Below, in pieces: positions 59,450 through 64,000 of a stretch of DNA of 64,000 nucleotides. The stretch comes from a virus (taxonomy: Duplodnaviria; Caudoviricetes): the IMG/VR virus record IMGVR_UViG_3300026549_000054, positions 1-64,000 of that record; one strand, given 5' to 3'. A program made the position numbers and the translations under genes. Position 1 is the stretch's first letter; every line of letters starts with the position of its first letter. The notes beneath the pieces are model-generated. The model was not told the DNA's origin, did no database searches, and was given only the letters and a program-made list of their open reading frames with translations.

Positions 59450-59798
59450 CTTTAATCTTCTTCAATCGTTTAGATTCTAAGTGTCTTTTATAGTTTCGTT
59501 CAAATCGGGATAGTTTAGCGAGAAGATAATCTAACTTTCTGTAAGCTTCTTCTATGGTTGTATACTTACCCCAACCAATACAGGCTATATCGGAATCACC
59601 CGGAGTGTATTCAAAGTCATTTACAATTAAGAAGTTATTATGGTCATCAATCTTAACTGTGTAACCATAGAACTCTAGGCCTGACGGGAAATTATAACAA
59701 TTCCAACCATCAATCTTACTCAATGAATACTTTAGAACACAAGCATTCAACAGCTCTTGTGCAGTAAGTGTGTCCTTAGCCATAGTTAGTATCTCCAT
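59439..59798 (-). CDS. small protein, C-terminal 'DF' family
   Basis: Ends RLKKIKDDF. Confidence 0.6.
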   Translation of the reverse strand: MEILTMAKDTLTAQELLNACVLKYSLSKIDGWNCYNFPSGLEFYGYTVKIDDHNNFLIVNDFEYTPGDSDIACIGWGKYTTIEEAYRKLDYLLAKLSRFERNYKRHLESKRLKKIKDDF

Positions 59799-59829
59799 AT
59801 CCCCAGGTTTACTGGGGCTTGTACGTCAA

Positions 59830-60318
59830 TTACTGTAGATTACTGACAATCTCGTCAAACATTCCGTCAATGGATTTGGCTTTAGAGAACAGTACAGAAT
59901 GTCCACCTGCCTCACGGTAGTTCGTTACATTCTTTTCCTTATCGTCAATTAGGATAGAATCGGGCGTAGCTTCTTTATGCTTAAAATTACCATTGTTGAT
60001 AATCTTAATAAGCTCTGCCGGAATGAATGGAGCATACTTCTTTAACCAAGCTTTCTTTCCACTCTTACCTTCCCAAAGGTGAACTGCAGAGAAGATACCA
60101 ACCTCAATGTCGGGATTCTCTTTAACATATTCTTCAACCTTCTTCAAGAGCATAAGGCCCTCTGGGATTGGCTTCATATCACTCCAAAATGACGGACCAA
60201 TCTCCTTCATCTTATTCCAATTACACTTATGAACATCGGGTTTCCAACATTCAAGTTCGTCACAACGGCCCTCAAAATCACAAAGCACACCGTCCATATC
60301 AAAGTAAATCGTTTTCAT
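59830..60318 (-). CDS. HAD-family 5'(3')-deoxyribonucleotidase (second paralog)
   Basis: IYFDMDGVLCDF, GKKAWL, ILIDDKEKN. Confidence 0.85.
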   Translation of the reverse strand: MKTIYFDMDGVLCDFEGRCDELECWKPDVHKCNWNKMKEIGPSFWSDMKPIPEGLMLLKKVEEYVKENPDIEVGIFSAVHLWEGKSGKKAWLKKYAPFIPAELIKIINNGNFKHKEATPDSILIDDKEKNVTNYREAGGHSVLFSKAKSIDGMFDEIVSNLQ

Positions 60319-60341
60319 TTAAACCTCTTTTTTATATAACA

Positions 60342-60370
60342 AATATAGATTATTTTGCGGTATTTGTCAA
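60342..60370 (-). promoter_or_regulatory. early sigma70-type promoter
   Basis: TTGACA (60370-60365), 17-bp spacer, TATATT (60347-60342). Confidence 0.8.
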
Positions 60371-60455
60371 TTAAAGTTATGTAAACTTTTATAAACAAAA
60401 AATGCTCCCGTTTGATAGGGAGCGGTAGGAATACACATGAACAGTTAAAAAAAGT

Positions 60456-60935
60456 CTAACTATGCCATTCTTCATTTAGATTATAACCAGGTTTTGTTTG
60501 TAATCTTTTAGCTTCTGTGATACCTTGTGGACATTGAACATTAAGCTGATGCATAAATCTCTTAAACATTCCATTGTCAAAAGCATAAGGAATCTGGTCC
60601 TTAATTACATATTCAACAGAGGTAGAATCGTAAAATCTGTCAATCAACACCCTAAGTGCTCGTTTTAATGCTAATGCTCTGCCATAAGCATACACATAAT
60701 TATCCTTATCTGCACATACAGCAACGGCTTTGGCGAGTAATAGTTTAGATACAGTTTCCGGGTGTTTAGGTGAAGGACACCCACGAACTGTTGAATTTGG
60801 GTATTTGTATTCAAGTTCATTCGTAGCAAGGCCTGTCATTTCCCATATTTCACAGGTACAAGTCTTATCTTTATGGGTGAAGAATACTTGGAATTTACGG
60901 TCTTTTCCGTCGGTACATTTAGTTGTAAAAATCAT
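60456..60935 (-). CDS. hypothetical phage protein
   Basis: AVCADKDNY...GRALALKRA motif resembling small phage proteins. Confidence 0.55.
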   Translation of the reverse strand: MIFTTKCTDGKDRKFQVFFTHKDKTCTCEIWEMTGLATNELEYKYPNSTVRGCPSPKHPETVSKLLLAKAVAVCADKDNYVYAYGRALALKRALRVLIDRFYDSTSVEYVIKDQIPYAFDNGMFKRFMHQLNVQCPQGITEAKRLQTKPGYNLNEEWHS

Positions 60936-61803
60936 CTATTTCTCCACTTGGAATTGAGCCATTCTCTACAGCAGCTTTTATATGTTCATATCCAATACCA
61001 TTACATTTTGGTATATTACTTTTTCTATTAATTTTTGTATTTTGTGATTGAATTGTAGATTTTTTTACTTTTTTAATTTTTAATGTATTATTTAAATTAC
61101 TTCTAAAAATTAAGTATTCATATCTGCTAGCCAAAATTAGCATTTTTTTAATTGCAGATCTATCTTTATATTTACCTTTATATCTTCTTGCATATTTAAA
61201 AGCTTCATCATAGTATTCGTGATAATAAGTATCATTAGATAAATTTATATTTAACTGTTGTTCAAGCGAAGAAACATCTTTTCTAAGTTTTTCCATACTG
61301 GTAAAACTTGTATTTGGCTTTTTATATAATTTATGATAAGATATACAAGTTTTATTTTGTTTTGTTAACTTATTTTGTTTAGAAGTCTTATTTTGACTGT
61401 TTGCAAGGATTTCATCACACACAATCTTTACAAATGTTTTATAGTCTGTATTATTTTCTCTTATAACTTTCAAACACTTTTTATCTGTATCATCAAGAGC
61501 ATTAAATGATTTATTAACTTGACCAAAACTTATTTCCCAGCAATTCTTTGTGACCTGTACTAAATTCAAGGTATGTTTTGATTTATTATATTTTTGTATT
61601 GATTTGTCACGAATTATTTTAGGTATTCCGGTTTCTAAGTGTATAGTTGATTTTGTTATTTTACTTTTATTTCGTTCAACAATTTCCGCATGAAGTCCAG
61701 TATACCCTATATATTTCTTTAATATATTTTGTTCTGTCTTACTATAATCGCTAATGTCAATACCGGATTGCTCCATATTCTTGCTTTTAGTGATTTGTTT
61801 CAT
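60919..61803 (-). CDS. hypothetical basic protein
   Basis: 294-aa Lys-rich ORF with SD AGGA. Confidence 0.55.
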   Translation of the reverse strand: MKQITKSKNMEQSGIDISDYSKTEQNILKKYIGYTGLHAEIVERNKSKITKSTIHLETGIPKIIRDKSIQKYNKSKHTLNLVQVTKNCWEISFGQVNKSFNALDDTDKKCLKVIRENNTDYKTFVKIVCDEILANSQNKTSKQNKLTKQNKTCISYHKLYKKPNTSFTSMEKLRKDVSSLEQQLNINLSNDTYYHEYYDEAFKYARRYKGKYKDRSAIKKMLILASRYEYLIFRSNLNNTLKIKKVKKSTIQSQNTKINRKSNIPKCNGIGYEHIKAAVENGSIPSGEIDDFYN

Positions 61804-61893
61804 AATTTTTCCTTTTTATTTAGTTTTATTTTTACATACAAAAATGGTTAAAAACTAGCATCTTGTCAATATCAATTTGTAAATTTTAATTTA

Positions 61894-62880
61894 CTAGGAA
61901 ACTTTAGAGTCATTGTAATCAAGGTAAATATCCATAGCACTATCTGTTTTTGTTTTCAATTTATCAAGTATTAAATCAAAACATATAACATCGTCACTTT
62001 CACTATCAAGTATATTTTTAATGATATTCCAATCCTTATTAACTTTGCCCCAACCAAATTTAACACTAAGGCTAGTTTTATGATTAACTAAAGTAACCTT
62101 GGCTTTATCTTTCATAATTCTAAGGGCGCCTATTACATTCTTTTTATTTGCATCTTTGGAAGAAGCTAAAGAATTTGGTTTATGAGTTCCTTCACCTATG
62201 TAAACAAAAGGATATGAATTAGTAGTAATTCCTGCATTATAACAATCATAAAACCAAACAAAGTCTTCGGACAAATACTCAACACTTCTAAACATTAAAT
62301 CACGATGTTCTCTTAAAAAGTCATTGTTTAATATAGAATGTTGTGTCCACGCAGTTTTATTATTAACATAAAGTTCTGGTTTCTTTGCATAAGTACCTGT
62401 TTGAATTTCATAAGGACACCCGCCACTAAATATATCTTTATTCTTTAAGTGTAAATCACATAGAATACCTAATGCGTTCTTTAAAGGAATATAGATACAA
62501 TTTTTAGTAGATTCAGGTCTCAAGTCGGCAATTTTACAATTATTTAAATCGTCATCAATAATAATGTAATCTTTAACATCTGGACGATTATCTGCCATAT
62601 AATTCTGTAACCAATGCTTTTTTAATCTAAAGTTTCTCCATTGTTCTTTAATCTTTACAAAAGTTACATTAGGTGCGGTGATTTTATCATATCCTGATGC
62701 TGTATAGTCTTCATCATAAACTACACAAATAATTTCATTATCAGATATATTCTCCGGATGCTTTAATATACAATTACTTCTAAACTTGTATGATATAACC
62801 ACTACTGGAATTGTAGGTGTGTAATTCTTCCAGTTGTTATCGTATTCAATAATTTGGTTTCTTTCTTCTGTACTAATCAT
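61894..62880 (-). CDS. GREB1/TAGT-like glycosyltransferase
   Basis: PVVVISYKFR, YIIIDDDL, SEDF; paralog of 62877..63839. Confidence 0.65.
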   Translation of the reverse strand: MISTEERNQIIEYDNNWKNYTPTIPVVVISYKFRSNCILKHPENISDNEIICVVYDEDYTASGYDKITAPNVTFVKIKEQWRNFRLKKHWLQNYMADNRPDVKDYIIIDDDLNNCKIADLRPESTKNCIYIPLKNALGILCDLHLKNKDIFSGGCPYEIQTGTYAKKPELYVNNKTAWTQHSILNNDFLREHRDLMFRSVEYLSEDFVWFYDCYNAGITTNSYPFVYIGEGTHKPNSLASSKDANKKNVIGALRIMKDKAKVTLVNHKTSLSVKFGWGKVNKDWNIIKNILDSESDDVICFDLILDKLKTKTDSAMDIYLDYNDSKVS

Positions 62881-63839
62881 TCAAGAAAACTCCAATCACT
62901 CTCTGGTTTAATTAACTTTTCTTTTACAATTTGGTCTATTTTAGCAAAACAAACTTCAAATTGTTCATCCGTAAACTGCGTATTAATATCAGTCCAATTA
63001 GGTAAAACTTTATCAAGTATTTCTTTTATATCTTGATAGAATACACAAGGTTTACCTATACCAGGAATCCAACAATTCCAGGAAGAACTTATAACAATTT
63101 TACATTCATTCTTCATAATTCTCAAAGCATTAATTTGATTTTTCTTTAAATTGAGACTTGAAGAAGCTATACTGTTATTTGAACTATTTGTTTCTAAGTA
63201 TAATGGTTGAAAACAATTATAATGTTGTCCGTTTTTATTACAGTCAAACCAAATAATAACATCTTCTGCGACATTCTGTAAATCTCTAAATCTACATTCA
63301 GGATGTTTAATGACCCAATCATTCTCAAATAAGTAACACTGATAGAATGGATTTTGTTTTGAAATTTTAGTAGTATGAGCAAAGGCTAAACTATTAAATT
63401 CAGGACCAGATACTGTTCTATAACCAAATTTTAAATGGTATTCTTCTAATAACCCTAATGTATTTTTCAATGGAATATACATTGTAGTATCTTTATCTGT
63501 GACGATTTTACCGCGTTTCATATCGTCATCAATCATAATATATCGTTCAATTTCGGGTCTTTTTACGAAAAATTCTTGGATATATCGTCTTTTCTTTTGA
63601 ATACTGCGCCAATTTTCATCAATTTGTACAAATTCTACATTAGGTTGACAGTCATATTCTTTATAGTTTTCATAATCTTCTTTATAAACAAACACAAAAA
63701 TTTTATTATCACTTACATCCTGTAAATGCTGTACTATATTCCCTGCTCTATTTTTATATGAAGGAATCACTATAGGGCATTTAGGTGAATAATCTTGATA
63801 ATGCTCACTATAAAATTTTATTTGTTCTAATTCTGTCAT
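62877..63839 (-). CDS. GREB1/TAGT-like glycosyltransferase
   Basis: PIVIPSYKNR, FVFVYKED, KRRYIQE, YIMIDDDM, AEDV; likely start MTELEQ at 63839. Confidence 0.7.
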   Translation of the reverse strand: MTELEQIKFYSEHYQDYSPKCPIVIPSYKNRAGNIVQHLQDVSDNKIFVFVYKEDYENYKEYDCQPNVEFVQIDENWRSIQKKRRYIQEFFVKRPEIERYIMIDDDMKRGKIVTDKDTTMYIPLKNTLGLLEEYHLKFGYRTVSGPEFNSLAFAHTTKISKQNPFYQCYLFENDWVIKHPECRFRDLQNVAEDVIIWFDCNKNGQHYNCFQPLYLETNSSNNSIASSSLNLKKNQINALRIMKNECKIVISSSWNCWIPGIGKPCVFYQDIKEILDKVLPNWTDINTQFTDEQFEVCFAKIDQIVKEKLIKPESDWSFLE

Positions 63840-63918
63840 ATCAGTATGTATAAAGAAAAATGGAGCGGGCTCACAGTCCCGCCCCATTCAATTAACCGGA
63901 GAGTTAATTATGGTTAGA

Positions 63919-64000
63919 TTAAGCCTTCTTGGCTTCGGCCTTTGGAGCCTGTGGCTTCTTACCACGCTTCTTGGCATTGAAAGCCTTCGTCAAGAAGATA
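63919..64000 (-). CDS. C-terminal end of a Lys/Ala-rich protein (partial)
   Basis: ...KAFNAKKRGKKPQAPKAEAKKA* ending at TAA 63919-63921. Confidence 0.45.
   Translation of the reverse strand, partial: IFLTKAFNAKKRGKKPQAPKAEAKKA

Noticed and set aside
6910-63036. Numerous plus-strand ORFs in the six-frame track
   Set aside because: They lie antisense to well-supported minus-strand genes and show no recognisable motifs; treated as shadow ORFs.
1-64000. Alternative genetic code (stop-codon reassignment) as in some gut jumbo phages
   Set aside because: Long conserved genes (nrdD, gp18, gyrB) are intact in the standard code, and TAA, TAG and TGA all serve as stops.
1-64000. CRISPR array, tRNA or rRNA genes
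   Set aside because: No regularly spaced identical repeats or cloverleaf with T-loop found by eye; hairpins at 15300, 29290, 59800 and 63860 look like terminators. Not computationally excluded.

Overview
64 kb of an AT-rich T4-like (myovirus/jumbo-type) phage genome. Essentially all real genes are on the minus strand, and the plus-strand ORFs look like antisense shadows. The window holds a tail-fibre/adhesin cluster interleaved with capsule-type glycosyltransferases, nrdD/nrdG separated by a frameshifted homing endonuclease, and scattered T4 morphogenesis genes (gp21, gp4, gp18, gp15, gp53, gp13, gp17 N-half). It also encodes a two-subunit type II topoisomerase, a CCA-adding enzyme, three GREB1/TAGT-like glycosyltransferases and many small orphans. 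Most notable observations: (1) about 22 otherwise dissimilar small proteins share a C-terminal helix ending in 'xx(L/M/I)xxDF'; (2) a second set of mostly late, acidic proteins shares an N-terminal 'EAxxxLxxxGYxxxxE' tag, a candidate capsid-targeting/cleavage signal; (3) the terminase ATPase half ends in a 35-aa N-intein, an atypically split intein whose partner is not in the window; (4) a kissing-loop, RBS-sequestering RNA structure with an internal late promoter lies between nrdD and the homing endonuclease; (5) there is a candidate virion-glycosylation system; (6) a non-coding, polarity-switching region at about 57.7-58.2 kb is an ori/pac candidate. All calls come from motif recognition by eye; no database searches were run.
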